A stretch of DNA of 63,770 nt, filler included, from Octopus bimaculoides (GCF_001194135.2; 7 parts of 7 records of this genome joined end to end with filler, not necessarily neighbours in it), one strand, 5' to 3'. Counted from the first letter of the whole stretch, positions 11,536-24,583 are shown. Program-made: numbers and translations. The notes: generated by a model from the letters alone, not told the origin.

Positions 11536-13796
11536 GAATCCTTGTCCTGTACCAGATTGAGCTCAAAATTTAACCAGCTCGTGCCAGTCATGAGGCCAAA
11601 CATTCCTGAAAGTATCATTCGAATCCATCAAGGGATTCTTGAGGTAAGATACCTCGTTAAAACAAACAAACAAACATGACTAAAAACAGTACCTCCACCT
11701 TTACTAAGGCGGAGGTAATAATCGCACAGTATGAGTAACGAATAGCTATAAAGTACGCTGTGATACATTATTCGCTTCATTTAAGAGCCAGTAAGTTGAG
11801 AATCAGTCACTAAAATTGTTCCTTTTTAATATTTTTATCTGGAAAGTTACATATTTCTAATAGCTAGAAGTTATGGAACTGATACCGGCATCACGATGGA
11901 GTTGATTTCTTACTCAGATAGAGCAAAATCTGTTTTCATAATCCCAGATGTAGAATTATTTTATTCCTTGCTTAAAACATAAAACTCCAGTTTGTGAGGT
12001 GAAGCTCTTAAAGAAAGTTTATATTGAACCTTTAACCAAAACAATATACACTACAGGATTTGTGAAACGGAATCAAATATATGATCGAATGAATGAAAAT
12101 AAATCCTTATTGCTATTATATTCTATGAATGAAATGAATATTCCTGTTGTAAACGTCATGTCTTAACACACGTCCATGGAGGACCGTTTCAATGTTTTTC
12201 TTTTATCTAGGTCCATCGAGTCTACATTCTTGGTGAATATCGCATCACGCTTTGCATCAATAGCTACATCTTGTATTTGATAGAATAAATGCGAAGAATA
12301 CATTTTCGTTCATTTAGTTGGCGGCACACTTCCCAAGAGAATTGATATTGTGTCAATAATAGTGCATGGAATATTATCTGAAACGTGTGTTTCAAAGAAT
12401 TTCGTTTTTGATGAGAAATAGATTACTTAATTCATAAATCAAACAGTCCTCATGTGAAGAAAATGTATAAGAGCTGCTGAACTCAGATCGAATACGTTAA
12501 ATATCGATTCGGTTTCGTTTGATGAGAGAGTATAGTGCTGCAGTTCATTGCATGCAGCTTCAGTGTATTTGCTCATTAATATTGATATTCCGTCCATAGC
12601 CATCTAAAATTTGCCATTTATGTACTTCTACATATAACACACTCTAATGCTTACAAAATGTGACATTTCTTATGATTGTGCTTTGAAAACAATGCAATGA
12701 AATACGGAGTTTATTACGGACGTTGAAACCTAAATGCTTAAAGCAGTAAAGAAGTACAATTAACTTGGACGCATTTGTTCTTATAGTTGTCTAACGTCTT
12801 TAGCAGTGCTGCTTTGCTGATGATATACGAACAAGCTTTGCCTGGATCCTCTTCTGTATAGATTAATGTGGATTGCTTCTATGTTACTCCTCAATGCGAA
12901 AGATGTAAGAGTAGTTGATATTCTTTTACTTGCATTTTAGAATATTTGCTTGACTTTCAAGTTGATGCCCGTTTTAGTAAAGTTAGATTTTGGTCATATT
13001 TCAACGCTACACTTGAAGAGTTTTTCTCTAGTATTACCTCGTATGTATTTCTTTACCTCACTACAAATTTCACTACCAATTTAGGAATTTATTTCTGAGT
13101 AGCAGTTATGTTTTAAGTTTTATTTAATGGTTGTTTTGGATATGAAGTACCAAAATCGACACTACTAGCCAATCATGTCTGGGTTTGCTATAAGTGTGTC
13201 ATTCAACTTCGCAAGATCTGAAGTCGATCGCCAGCTTAAATGTACTAACAGTTTTAAATTTAGGAACAAATCGGACAATTTTTAAAACGGCGTTTGTCGT
13301 TTACGTCGACTGTGATAATTCACTATTATTTAATTTTATTGATCCTTTAAAGAATGGATTGACAAATTGATTTTAATTGACTTAAATACAATTTGATTAA
13401 ATATCTCATGACATTTTGCCGATGATATAACTGCTTTCCAAATGTGCTGCTCATTCCCCTATTCAGTGGTCTTTAATAAAAATGAGATTTGTTTAATTGC
13501 TACAATGAATCAGTATAGTTCATAGAAACAACACTGGTTTTCTGCTGCATCGATTGAAATTGTAACAAATCACAACACGACGTGCAGCGATTTGCTATAA
13601 TAATACATATAGAGAGAGGAACAACATTAAATCTACTTAGAAATGAATTTACACGAAGGCTATGCTAATGATGGGAAGCATTGACCTGTACTTACTCCTA
13701 GCAATCATGAGGTCCCGGGTTTTCATCCTACTTTGTGATATCTCGAGAAAATGTATTTTACCTTAGTTTTGAGTCATTCGACTTGTGACTGACATT

Positions 13797-14875
13797 GATT
13801 ACATTTCTATTGTAAATGGAAAAAGACAATCAGCTAGCATTCATGGACGTGTGTATAACACGCGCCAAGTATGGATTCAGGACATCCGTTTACCTCCAGC
13901 TGACCTTCACTGGACGATACCTCAACTTCAATTCCCACCATCCATACAGTGTAAGGAGAGGGATTGCTCAATGCCTAAAACATCGTGCACATACACCGTG
14001 AAGAAATGATCAAGCGATCGTTATACACACCACGAAGAAATGATCCAGCTCAATAACAATCTATTAAACAACTACTACACCAAAAACATACTACCCACTT
14101 CAATTATGAAGAAGAGAGAGGATGAGACCAATAAACTGTCCAGTCTGTCTACCCTATGTGAAAGGCCTCTCCGAAAAGATACAAGAGATATGTGGCCCAT
14201 ATGACATCAGGACAGTATTCAAGTGTAATACAACACTTCGCAATTATCTCCTTCGAGTAAAACCACCAATAGAAGTGAATATGACCAAAGACTGCGTGTA
14301 CTCCATCCCACGCAGCTGTGGTAGGTTATACAAAGGCGAAAACACCCACTTCTCAAATAAAGGTAGAGGAACATCGCAAATCTGTGACACGGGGAGATAT
14401 TGATAAATCGAGTATCACCGATCATGTATGGAAAAATGGAGACCACCTCCCCCTGTGGGATGACGTTAACATAATAGACAGAGAACACCATTGGAAAATA
14501 CGAAAGCTAAAAGAAGCAGCACATATGGTAGGACACAACAACCTCCTAAGCAGATCTAGTGCAGATATTAGTAGCATATGGGAACCGTAGTTAAGGTAGG
14601 ATAGGAAATATTCAAATTTATAAGCTCTAAAATTCACTCCATAATTGCCCACGAACATATGGCGTAGTGGTTAAACGCACAGGCTGCTAACCCCAAGATT
14701 TCGAGTTCGATTCCAGCCAGTGACCTGAATAATAATAATAATAATAATGAGAACCCAGGTTCTAAATTTCCCCAAGACAACTCATGAAAGCTGGAGGGTA
14801 TATCAGACGAATGAAGACAAATATTCGTCAAATGTAAATAATGTACATAATTCTGCATCTCTTAAATATAGAACT
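13797..14875 (+). mobile_element. Penelope-like element, 5'-truncated (RT thumb, GIY-YIG endonuclease, terminal repeat)
   Basis: EKDNQLAFMDVCITR...TSVY...TGRYLNFNSHHP; CLPYVKGLSEKI; DCVYSIPRSCGRLYKGE; VEEHRK...SITDHVWKNGDHLPLWDDVNIIDRE...RKLKEA. These are Penelope RT-thumb and GIY-YIG patterns, frameshifted. Confidence 0.92.
14660..14718 (+). other. tRNA-Ser(GCT)-like Pol III cassette inside the Penelope terminal region (not an intact tRNA)
   Basis: A box TGGCGTAGTGG, loop CTGCTAA and B box GAGTTCGATTCC; no acceptor stem. The same cassette recurs near 38155-38230. Confidence 0.55.
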
Positions 14876-15441
14876 ATGAAATTGATTAGATGCAAACTGT
14901 ACGGACCCCTTGAAATATCGATTGTATCTATAATTCAATGATGGTTTTAATAAATACTTGTTTACATGGATTTATCATAACACGTATCTGTGCAGCATTC
15001 ATTCACACAGAGAGTGATTTACCATGAAGATAATTAACTTGATCATTCAAAACCAATGGATGACCGATCATATCGAACAAATAAAACTGCTCAGCATCAT
15101 AACATGTTTAGTACCTCATCTCTTCCAGATATTTAGAGGCATAGTGGTATGTAATGATAGTATTGCGGTTGACGTAAACGGCTAACAAATGTCTAAATAT
15201 AGATAAATTATTCCTAAATTTAAAACCATTATTACATACATGAGGATCATGAAGTAGAGGAATCTATAAATTTTGTATTCCCTTAGATTTCTAATTTCAG
15301 TTTCCACAATAGGGATTCATTTGTCATTCGGAGTTTGCGGATTGAAAGCATTTTTCCAGAGAAATAGAAGTAGGAGCAATATACAACAAAAAACAAAACA
15401 AATTATTCCCTAGATTATGCGATACCATAGAGTATTGGCGG

Positions 15442-15570
15442 AATCGTTAGCGCATTTGGCATAATGCTTAGCGGCATTTGCCCCAGCTCATTACTTTCTA
15501 ATCACAGATGATGCTGAGGTCAACTTTGCCTTTCATTCTTTTGCGATCGATAAAATAAAATATTAGTCAT
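15442..15570 (+). mobile_element. CORE-type tRNA SINE, degenerate
   Basis: ggcggaatcgttagcgc...aatgcttagcggcatt...gaggtcaactttgcctttcattc...gataaaata is homologous to 59275-59510. Confidence 0.75.
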
Positions 15571-16861
15571 AGACTCGCCCATGTCTTCTTAATTACAACT
15601 CTTGTTCACAAAAATTAGAAAAAATATCGGAGCTGGGAATAATGTGAAAAAATTATAACGGATAAATTTTTTGAAGAAACCACTCCATAGAGATTGTATC
15701 ATCAGTATATGCTCTTCGTTCGAATCCATCTGGAATCAATTTTGCCTTTTATTGTTTTTCCTTGTCAATAAAACAGCTGACGATGAAAAGTGGTAACAAT
15801 GTAATCCGTTACACTTTATATTCATAAATTATCTGGAATGCTAAAGAGGGAGTTTCAAATCTTGTTTTCTGTGTGCAACATTTCAACCTATATCTCTAAA
15901 ATGCAAAACTATTCTCTTAGGTACCGGTCCCTAACATTTATAGTATAGTAGATACTTTTAATTTTATATCTGTGTGAAAATGTTACAAATAGTCTGTAAT
16001 AGATATAAACTCAGAATTCGCACCGAGCATTTACGTAATTGGTTCACATAAATATAGAATGATAATAGACTATGACAACGTAAAAGTGAAATAATAGGGT
16101 AATAAAGTTGTTAGGTCGGATCTCGAACACTGATGAGCTCACATAAGGCCATATTAAAGTCATTATTTCTGTGTTACACCAGTCCTGTATTATCTAAAAA
16201 GTACCATCTTTATTTAAATGTCTGATGTGAATTGTGGATTTCTCTTTTTAGAAGATAGATCAAACACAAAGAATGAATAGGTTTGGTTTGTTAGCTAGTG
16301 CTTAGTTAGTACGGATTCTTCTCCCGAAACCTCTAACAATGTTAGTGAGTCAGATTTTGAATACTGGGTTATTTTGTACATAATTTAAGAAATATCAAAT
16401 TAGGTAAACTGCAAATTTCGTTGAAACTTTAATCATTGTTCAACTTCTCAATACGGTAGGAACGTCCAGATTCGCAGCTTTTCTTCCATAACTGATTAGA
16501 GCAACACATTTTCGGAATTTCAGCAGCACATATACTTATGGTTATGTATTTACTCTAAATAAATCAGAGTGTTGTATTTTTCAGAATATTATTTGCAGAA
16601 TGAAAGAAAGAAGTCAACTGTATATTTTACACAACCGAGGAAATAACAAATGAATTAACATAGTGATAAGTGATTGTGAATCATTTTCATTCCAGATGAA
16701 AAGATAGCATTTATTAGATGAAGACATATAATTGTATTTGATATCATTGATGTCGTTCTAGACACATAGTAGTGTATGTGGATTTTATTTGAAAAATGTA
16801 TGTTGACCGAGAGCGGAGGTTATTGGTAGAAATGTTGGCTATTCGAGAGGATGTTGGTCGG

Positions 16862-16894
16862 TATATAAAGATGAAAGAAACACTTGAATCATTC
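16862..16894 (+). promoter_or_regulatory. Candidate TATA + Inr core promoter
   Basis: TATATAAA at 16862-16869 and TCATTC at 16889-16894 (A at 16891, so TATA starts at -29), with a CpG/GC-richer stretch just upstream. No linked CDS was found. Confidence 0.3.
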
Positions 16895-18036
16895 ACTTTA
16901 GCAGAGATGAAAGATACATTTAATTGAATAACGCTTACGGCACCAGTAGATAAATCGAAATGTATTTACATACATTGTTTTATAACCAATATCGCCCAGC
17001 CAAATTGGTGTTTATTTGTTCCAGTGATTCGCTAACCGTATACACATACACAAATGATATTTTAGTCAGATGGAAAGTGATTGAGAGATAATAGAAAGTG
17101 AAAAGGAAAGATCGACAACTGAAACGGTATTTTATTCCTAATTTGAAAAGTTCTATGGCTGATAATAAACGAATACATAGTGTCAAGTATGGAGGGAGTT
17201 TTGTCAATTGGATACTAGCATGCACAAATTGATTTGTATAAACTGTCCTAGAATGAAATGGCAATTATTCCAGTACAAAGCCTGCAGGAATGCATGTTGA
17301 AAAATGATTGAATGACAGATAAATCTAAAGACATACAGTTCGTTAATATGAATACGTTAATAATTAAATCAAAATGTTCCAGGCTCTAGTATAGCTAAAT
17401 AGGCATCGTGCCTCTTTTAATTTCACAATCACTTAAAACCTAAACACATTAGAAATATATATATATATACATACGTATATATATNNNNNNNNNNNNNNNN
17501 NNNNNNNNNNNNNNNNNNNNNNNNNNNNNNNNNNNNNNNNNNNNNNNNNNNNNNNNNNNNNNNNNNNNNNNNNNNNNNNNNNNNNNNNNNNNNNNNNNNN
17601 NNNNNNNNNNNNNNNNNNNNNNNNNNNNNNNNNNNNNNNNNNNNNNNNNNNNNNNNNNNNNNNNNNNNNNNNNNNNNNNNNNNNNNNNNNNNNNNNNNNN
17701 NNNNNNNNNNNNNNNNNNNNNNNNNNNNNNNNNNNNNNNNNNNNNNNNNNNNNNNNNNNNNNNNNNNNNNNNNNNNNNNNNNNNTATATATATATATATA
17801 TATATATATATGCATATACTTAAATATAGTTTTAGGGAAAATAACCAAGTTTCAAGAACTCATCGATGAAAATCCACTATCACATATAGAAAAATAAATT
17901 AATAATTAAAAGCACAATAAATGAGTATAATATAAAGTAAAGTAAATATCATAAGATAAATATAATAAAAAAATTACACGTGTTTCATAACTAATTTTCA
18001 AATAGAAAAGAAATTTAAATCGATTAAAATCAACAA

Positions 18037-20445
18037 CATTGCATGTATTATACTCATTATGAATGCAAGCCAACTTTTTTAGACTAATTTTCGATGCCGA
18101 TTTCAAATTTGCACTCTATTTGTATGCTGCATATATCCGTGTTTCAGTAGATACATGCAAATATTTACATATTTGTATATATGAAATCATTAACGCAATA
18201 AATAAGGGCATGTTAGTTTTGGAAAGTAAATTTGGTCTATTATTCTACATATTGTAAATACATAAAAAATGCGTCAGACAAAACAAAATTAGAACAACAG
18301 AGTTAGAAACATTGTGATTTGGATTTCCTGCGGTTTTCCTGATCCGGTTGACCACGGTAAAATGTCCATCATACAGTCATTCCAGAAGCCTTGGTACCAT
18401 TTATTCATAGCACTAATCTCCTAGCGAAATGTTTCACCATGTTCATCAGGCACTGCTCCAATCTTATATGCGAAGAAATCCAGATAGGAATCCAACAAGT
18501 GAACCTTCAGTGACATGCGACAACCCATTGCTGAGTAACATTTCAGAAAATTATTGATGCCAAACTTTTAGTCTATTGCCTACTTGTTGCCCAAGAAATT
18601 CTCACAGGTCCAATTGAAAGCATTCCAGGCAGGCAGTTCCAGTTCATTCAGTGTTGTCTGGAAGTTGAAAACTTTGAGTAATTCTCTAATTTGGAGTCCG
18701 ACAAAGATACCCTCTTCCAACTTCATCTCTGTGATTTAGTGAATCTTTTCTACAGTATACCCAAAACCTCTGACATTTCTCCCCAATAATGTTTCATCAG
18801 TCCAAGCTTATCTTGTAAAGGAGGCAATAGGACATTACATTTATCAACAAGAGGGGTAGTCTTGACGCTAGACAGTTCAAGCTGGTATGATGTTCTTGTC
18901 TACCAGTTTCATCCTAATAATATCTGTCAGTTGCCCGATTATCGCATGGACACAAGAAACAACACTATTTTGTGAAAACTGACTGTATTCCCATTAACAG
19001 CCAAATGACTTAATTCTCCACATATTTTCCATAAGTATCTTTCATAGGCAATGGCATAAAGTAAAGGTTCCATATTCTCATGTGATTGTGCAATAGGAGT
19101 GTGCAATAGGAATGAAGGGTTTCGAGTTACCAATATGAAGAAGTACAGATATGATATTTCGTTTTAAAGATTCAATAAACCAATGCCACTCCCCAGGATC
19201 GTGATTTTGTGAAAAGCATTCGGTAAGTCCATCGATGTTACTGCAAAAGAAAAGCGAGCCTTCAACAGAAAAAAAAAAACATGTTTCTAGAACCACATTT
19301 CTCTACCGAAAATAAGTCACATTAGCATTAACATCTAAGCATACTTAAACACACAATCACACACAACACATATATTTCATTATCCCTATGCCCTTCTGCA
19401 TATATGCGTGGCGCGTGTGCACATCTCCATTAACAGAAAAGAGAGGACAGAAATTGTTGACGACAGATTACTTCCAAACAATAATTGGAGAAAATTTTAA
19501 TTAGTTACATTTCTCTGCCGAAAATAAGTCACAGTAGCACCGTTCTAGCAGACACTTCTCCTTCAGTCTTGATGCGAACAGCTTTATCTTTTGAGAGAGA
19601 TAGGTCTCTGATAAGGTCATTCAGTGCAATCTTCCTTAGCAACACTATCGTGATAGTCAACATCGTCATTTAATACCATTGTGAGGCACAGGTTCCATTG
19701 CAGAATCCAAACTGGGATACATAATTTTGTGTTTACTCTGAATAGAAAATCGTGTGACATTTACTTTGCAAACATGACAGTCATTAAAATGGTCTTTCGA
19801 CTACCTCAATATCATTGGAATGGCAAAAGTTATGCACTCTTTCTTATTATTGAACCAGTCACGTAAGCCATTTGAGGAAGCTGTGCAGATAAAATATGGT
19901 GCCGATAACTTGTCCTGATCTCCAAGAGGACAGTCAAAGTATAGATTATAAAACTTCTTGATCTCTGATGTTATTGTACGTTTTTGAGCCTTTATAGGCA
20001 TAACAAAACATATCAGGACGTTTCTACACTCTCTTGGCATTGTTAATACTGTAAAACAATTTAGGAAATAGATACAAACTTATACTTATATTAAATTTGA
20101 GATGATGAAATATTTCATCAGACCACGTATGACTGGAGTATTTGAGATGTTGAAATACGTATTTCATCAGACAAAACTTGACAGGACAATTTAAGATGAT
20201 GAGATATTGCATCTCAAAATTATTTTAAAGGTGTGTTTCCATGATGTAATACATGCATTAAGATGTAATACGCGTCATTAATTGGAATTTCTATATAATA
20301 CATGAGCTAAAACAAAAAAAAAAGCTTTCTCATCTTGAAAACTGCACGTGATGTTAAAATATTAATTGTATATTTGAAATCAGCATTAAAATCTATACTA
20401 GTACACCTTGACACATGCTTGTTGAAAAATAAATGTTGACCAGTG
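18037..20445 (-). mobile_element. Chapaev3-type (CMC superfamily) DNA transposon, degenerate, probably full span
   Basis: Minus-strand peptides: KAQKRTIT...YFDCPLGDQDKLSAP...GLRDW...FAIPM; LNDLIRDLSLSK; WHWFIES...VLLHIGNSKPFIPIAHS; LLPPLQDKLGLM; GCRMSLKVHLLDSYLDFF...GAVPDEHGETF. The right end CAGTG at 20441-20445 (CACTG on minus) and a subterminal inverted gatgccgatttcaaat / atttgaaatcagcatt pair support the span. The family name comes from recalled motif knowledge. Confidence 0.82.
19328..19506 (+). repeat. 179-bp insertion in the transposase, flanked by a 33-bp direct duplication
   Basis: acatttctct(a/g)ccgaaaataagtcaca(t/g)tagca occurs at 19295-19327 and 19507-19539. The insert matches 22235-22398. 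Confidence 0.85.
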
Positions 20446-21479
20446 TTATAGTTCTTATTTTATGTCACAACTTGTAATTTCATTTCTGTTTTTACACAGC
20501 CGGAATAATTTTATCATTATTAGTTATGTATTGTCTAACTATACCCTATGTGTGATGTGAGATAAGTGTAAACATTGGAACTGCACTTATTAATATATAG
20601 ACCTTACTTAATTATCTCTTTCCTACTTCTTCAAAATGTTACCCACTAAATTAAATTCTAGTTTCATGGGTACATTTCATCAGAAATACTGACACATTAT
20701 CTAAATTTATCAGAAATTAATTGTGTTCCCTCCTTTCCAAACCGTAAAGGAACGCAACGTAAAATAACAGCAAAAATAATAACATATTTCTATATTTCGA
20801 AAGAACAGATAGATTTAAAGAGTATACGTCCTTTTAATCTCCAGTAACAGACAGTATATTTTTTTATCAACACTTCAGGCACAATATAAATATATCAAGT
20901 TCAGATACAATGCAATTTTTTCTTATATATATTTAAATGTAAAGCTATATAGCTGAAAATTATAATCTAATTAGGTCACCAATGCTTCAAAAAGGATACT
21001 GAACTTTTAGGAGGGCGCTTGTTCTTCAAGAAAAATATCAAATCATTATTATCAAATATCAAACCAATATTATCATGTCTGTTGTCTTTAATCTTTGTCG
21101 CAATATCCTGAAAGGCTATTGAAACCCAGCAAAGAGTTGAATCCTGTGACCAGCGAAATTTTGGTGAACTCGATATGCAAGCGATAAAATGATGAAAAAC
21201 AACAATTTTTGTTTTTTTATAACGTGTACATTGCATTGATATTCTGAATGTAGCGTGAAGTTGCTGTGATATATCATATCAAGGAATATCGAACAAATAA
21301 TTGTAGGATTTGATCCACCATAGCAGAAAGTGAAATAAGAAAAAAGAAACCCCATACAACAAATGATTTGGACCGGCGCTTTACAGATTTTCCTCATCAC
21401 TAATCAGCAAAATAGATTTAATATGAACGCCCACGTGCGCGCACACACACACACGCGCACACACATACACATTCACATT

Positions 21480-21650
21480 TGTATGCATAAGTGCAGCTGT
21501 GAATTAAGCACCTTGCTTCCCATCGAGATTGTCGCGCATTCAGTGCCACTGCGTATCACGATCAAAAAAAAGTGTTCTCTAATGTAGCCATAGACCACCC
21601 AAAGCCTTGTGAGTGGATTTGGTAGACATAAAGTGAAAGAAGCCCAATAT
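21480..21650 (+). mobile_element. Abundant tRNA-head SINE, degenerate 5' half
   Basis: ttcagtgccactgcg...gaccacccaaagccttgtgagtggatttggtagac...aaagaagccc is homologous to 57026-57190. Confidence 0.7.
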
Positions 21651-21775
21651 CCTCTATGTGTGCGTGTATGTGTGTTTGGTGTGTGTGCGCGCGCGTGCGT
21701 TTTCATGCTGTGGCATGTGCGTACGTGTGTGCACTCATGCGTGAGTGTGTGTACTGTGTTGTGTGTGTGTGTATG

Positions 21776-21791
21776 TGTGTGTGTGTGTGTG

Positions 21792-21881
<90 letters not shown>
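21776..21881. repeat. (GT)n microsatellite
   Basis: Read directly. Confidence 0.97.
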
Positions 21882-21884
<3 letters not shown>

Positions 21885-22234
21885 AGTTACATTGAAAGAA
21901 TATTTATATCTAACTGGGGAAACTGAAGGAACAATAAATTTGGCGGTTTATAAATTTATTATTGTTTAACAAGTATGTTTTTGACGATAATTCCTTATTT
22001 TCGCCGAGCTAAGCGATCATCGGACTATCGTACATTTGAGATCGCTTTGGTTTCATTCAGTCTCTGATATTTTGACATATTCTAGGGTAGGCAAAGCACT
22101 GGTATATATTTGTTAGGTTGTAGGTTAGGTTGTAATAGGGCAATGCACACATTACCTACACATTTATCTCTTTAAAGATCTACAAACCCATTGGTAATAT
22201 ATACATATATACATACATAGAAACAAACACATGT

Positions 22235-22398
22235 ATACTTAAACACACAATCACACAGACATATACCTCACTATCCCTATGCCCTTCTGTATATATGCGT
22301 GGCGCGTGTGCACGTCTCCATTAACAGAAAAGAGAGGAAAGAAATTGTTGACAACAGAGTACTTCCAAACAATAATTTGAGAAAAATTAAATTAGTTA
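22235..22398 (+). repeat. Second copy of the 19341-19507 segment
   Basis: atacttaaacacacaatcacac...ccctatgcccttctg...gcgtggcgcgtgtgcac...ttccaaacaataatt...attagtta is collinear with about 90% identity by eye. Confidence 0.85.
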
Positions 22399-23584
22399 TA
22401 TTTTACTTGTGTTTGTTGCCCTCATGCTATTACCACGATGTACTATCATTTGTCACTTTGAATCGTTCCTACTGGAAGAACGTTTCTATTCTCGTCATCA
22501 TTATCACTCGAATCTTTTACATCTAAACTTCTCTTGTCTGCTTTCATCTTCCCCTCTTTGTACATTGATTCTTCATATTTTATAGCTGTTTTCTTCTTAT
22601 TTTCATATTTCGTACTTTATCATGTCTGTTGTCTTTACTCTTTGTTACAATTTTTATTGCTTGAAGAAAAAAAATTGAATTTATTCTGGTTCTTGTCATA
22701 GTTTATCTAAGTATCGTTATCCGCATTGAGTTTTATTTATTTTAAACCTGGCATGTCTAGTTTTGGTTTTGGAATCATCATCATCATCAACATTATCATC
22801 ATAACAATCATCATCACTAAGAGTTTCTTCAACGTCATCGCCTCCGTCATATTCATCAGGAGCCTTCTTGTTGTCATCTTTCTTTGGATATCTTTCTTTG
22901 TACTAAACTATTGTTTCTATTTTCTTCAACATTTCTAGTTCGTTTTATTTTCATCAACTTTCTCTGACATCAAGACTGATTATTTCTGTTGGTGTCTTTA
23001 TACATTTCCCTTTTGCTTCTACTCACTTTTCCGTTTTATGATTTATACAGTGTATGTTTGCATCCGCTGACATTATACCGTCTTTTTTGTCATCCATATA
23101 TCCTGCAACTTTATATATCAATTTTCATATTTTCCCACATAAGATTCTTTCTCAATCACTCTAACTATGCTAATCTTTCTCTTTGAGAACGGTTTATTTC
23201 AACAGAAATTAGAAGAATCCATTAAAAAAGAGACATAATATCACTATTGTATATCGATGCATGTTTTTCTTTTAAATCTACTAGAATTGTTATTTGCATT
23301 TACCGCACTATAGCAATTATTTTACAGCCCTTTTTGTGTATAGAAATACATATCTGCGCATGCATATGTGTGTGTGTGAGTGTATGGTTGCGTGTTTGTG
23401 TATGTGTGTTTGTGCGTATTTGTGTATATGTGTACATATGTGTGTACATGTGCTTTAGTGTGTATGTTTTCAGTTTATGATTTTTGCATATATACACACA
23501 CATGTGCGAGTACATACGCAAACACACACACACAGACGCACACACACACACTCAGATACCTACATACAGCGCTGAAGTTAAACA

Positions 23585-24360
23585 TTAATTCTTCGATTCT
23601 CAACGAAGTCCTGTGCTGGACCAACGTTGTTTTTGGATGTCCCTGTCTGACATGCTCACAGTCAGCCGCACTCTCCAGTTATGATGATGATACAGAAGTA
23701 TCAATGGTAAGTCGGCTAGACCGATGACATGCTAAAACTTCAGAAAGATCTGAATACAATGTGCAATTAGTCTGGTGAATATAATATGCTGTTCAATGCT
23801 GAGAAGTTTCAAAGTCTCCACTTTCAGCCCACAAACAGTCTATATTCCGAGTACAGAGGTCCGGAAAATACTGCAATCCCACAATCAATGTCGGTCACTG
23901 ACATGGGAATCCAATAAGTAATGATGCAACATTTCATGCGGATATTACCAAGATGACGTTAATATGCAGACGAGTTACGCGGAACGCTAGGCATTCCAGT
24001 GTCAGACTCAATGACACAGCTGAGCTACTGGGAGAGGATAAAGGAAATGAAGCTCTACTCCCAAGATGGTAGACTCACAAGATATGCAGTGATTCACATA
24101 TGGAATGTCTTGGATACTGAAAGTTATACCAGAATGTGGGAACTGAAAGTTATACCAGAAACCGAACTGGACAGCAATGCATAACAATTGATCCCATCTT
24201 CTCGTAAAATAAGGAGCTAGTTTTGTAATAGCTTCGGTTTGAAAGACCCACAGCAGCACAACATGTGGAGGTCTTCAAAGCGGGCTTGGATAATACCAGA
24301 TGAACCGACATCGAGACAGAAGACATAAAGAAAGGTAAATCCGTTCAACTCGCTATGAAA
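23585..24360 (+). mobile_element. CR1/L2-group LINE, RT and 3' region, degenerate
   Basis: LSSYDDDTEV (YADD decay), LQKDLN...NMLFNAEKFQSLH, and LSYWERIKEMKLYS...RYAVIHIWNVL. Confidence 0.8.
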
Positions 24361-24535
24361 CCATGTATGCATCCAACCGTCTGATTGGGGAGTGTTATGA
24401 GATGACTAGGTGGAGTTACTCATATCTGTACACGGCTGCAAATACCATGAATGGCATTGTGTCATTGAACAATGGCAGGAATATCATAAAAATGATCTGT
24501 ATTTCGTGTCAGTTCGCCGCGTGCTTTTCCGGTTT

Positions 24536-24583
24536 CTGTTGCTGAGGAGGAGATAATCACTCCGAAATGTATGCATCAAGCAG
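24536..24583 (+). ncRNA. Type I hammerhead ribozyme motif
   Basis: Stem I CUGUUG (24536-41) / AAGCAG (24578-83), with one mismatch at the base. Core CUGAGGA (24542-48). Stem II GGAG/CUCC with a 7-nt loop. GAAA (24564-67). Stem III AUG/CAU with a UAUG loop. Cleavage triplet AUC, with C17 at 24577. Confidence 0.65.

Noticed and set aside
12170-13050. Coding-like broken frames on the minus strand and a strong plus-strand acceptor at 12210
   Set aside because: All frames are interrupted within about 55 codons, no family motif is recognised, and there is no matching donor.
14660-14718. Functional tRNA-Ser gene
   Set aside because: There is no acceptor stem or long variable arm, and it is embedded in a retroelement repeat. 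Other A/B-box sequences in the window are SINE heads.
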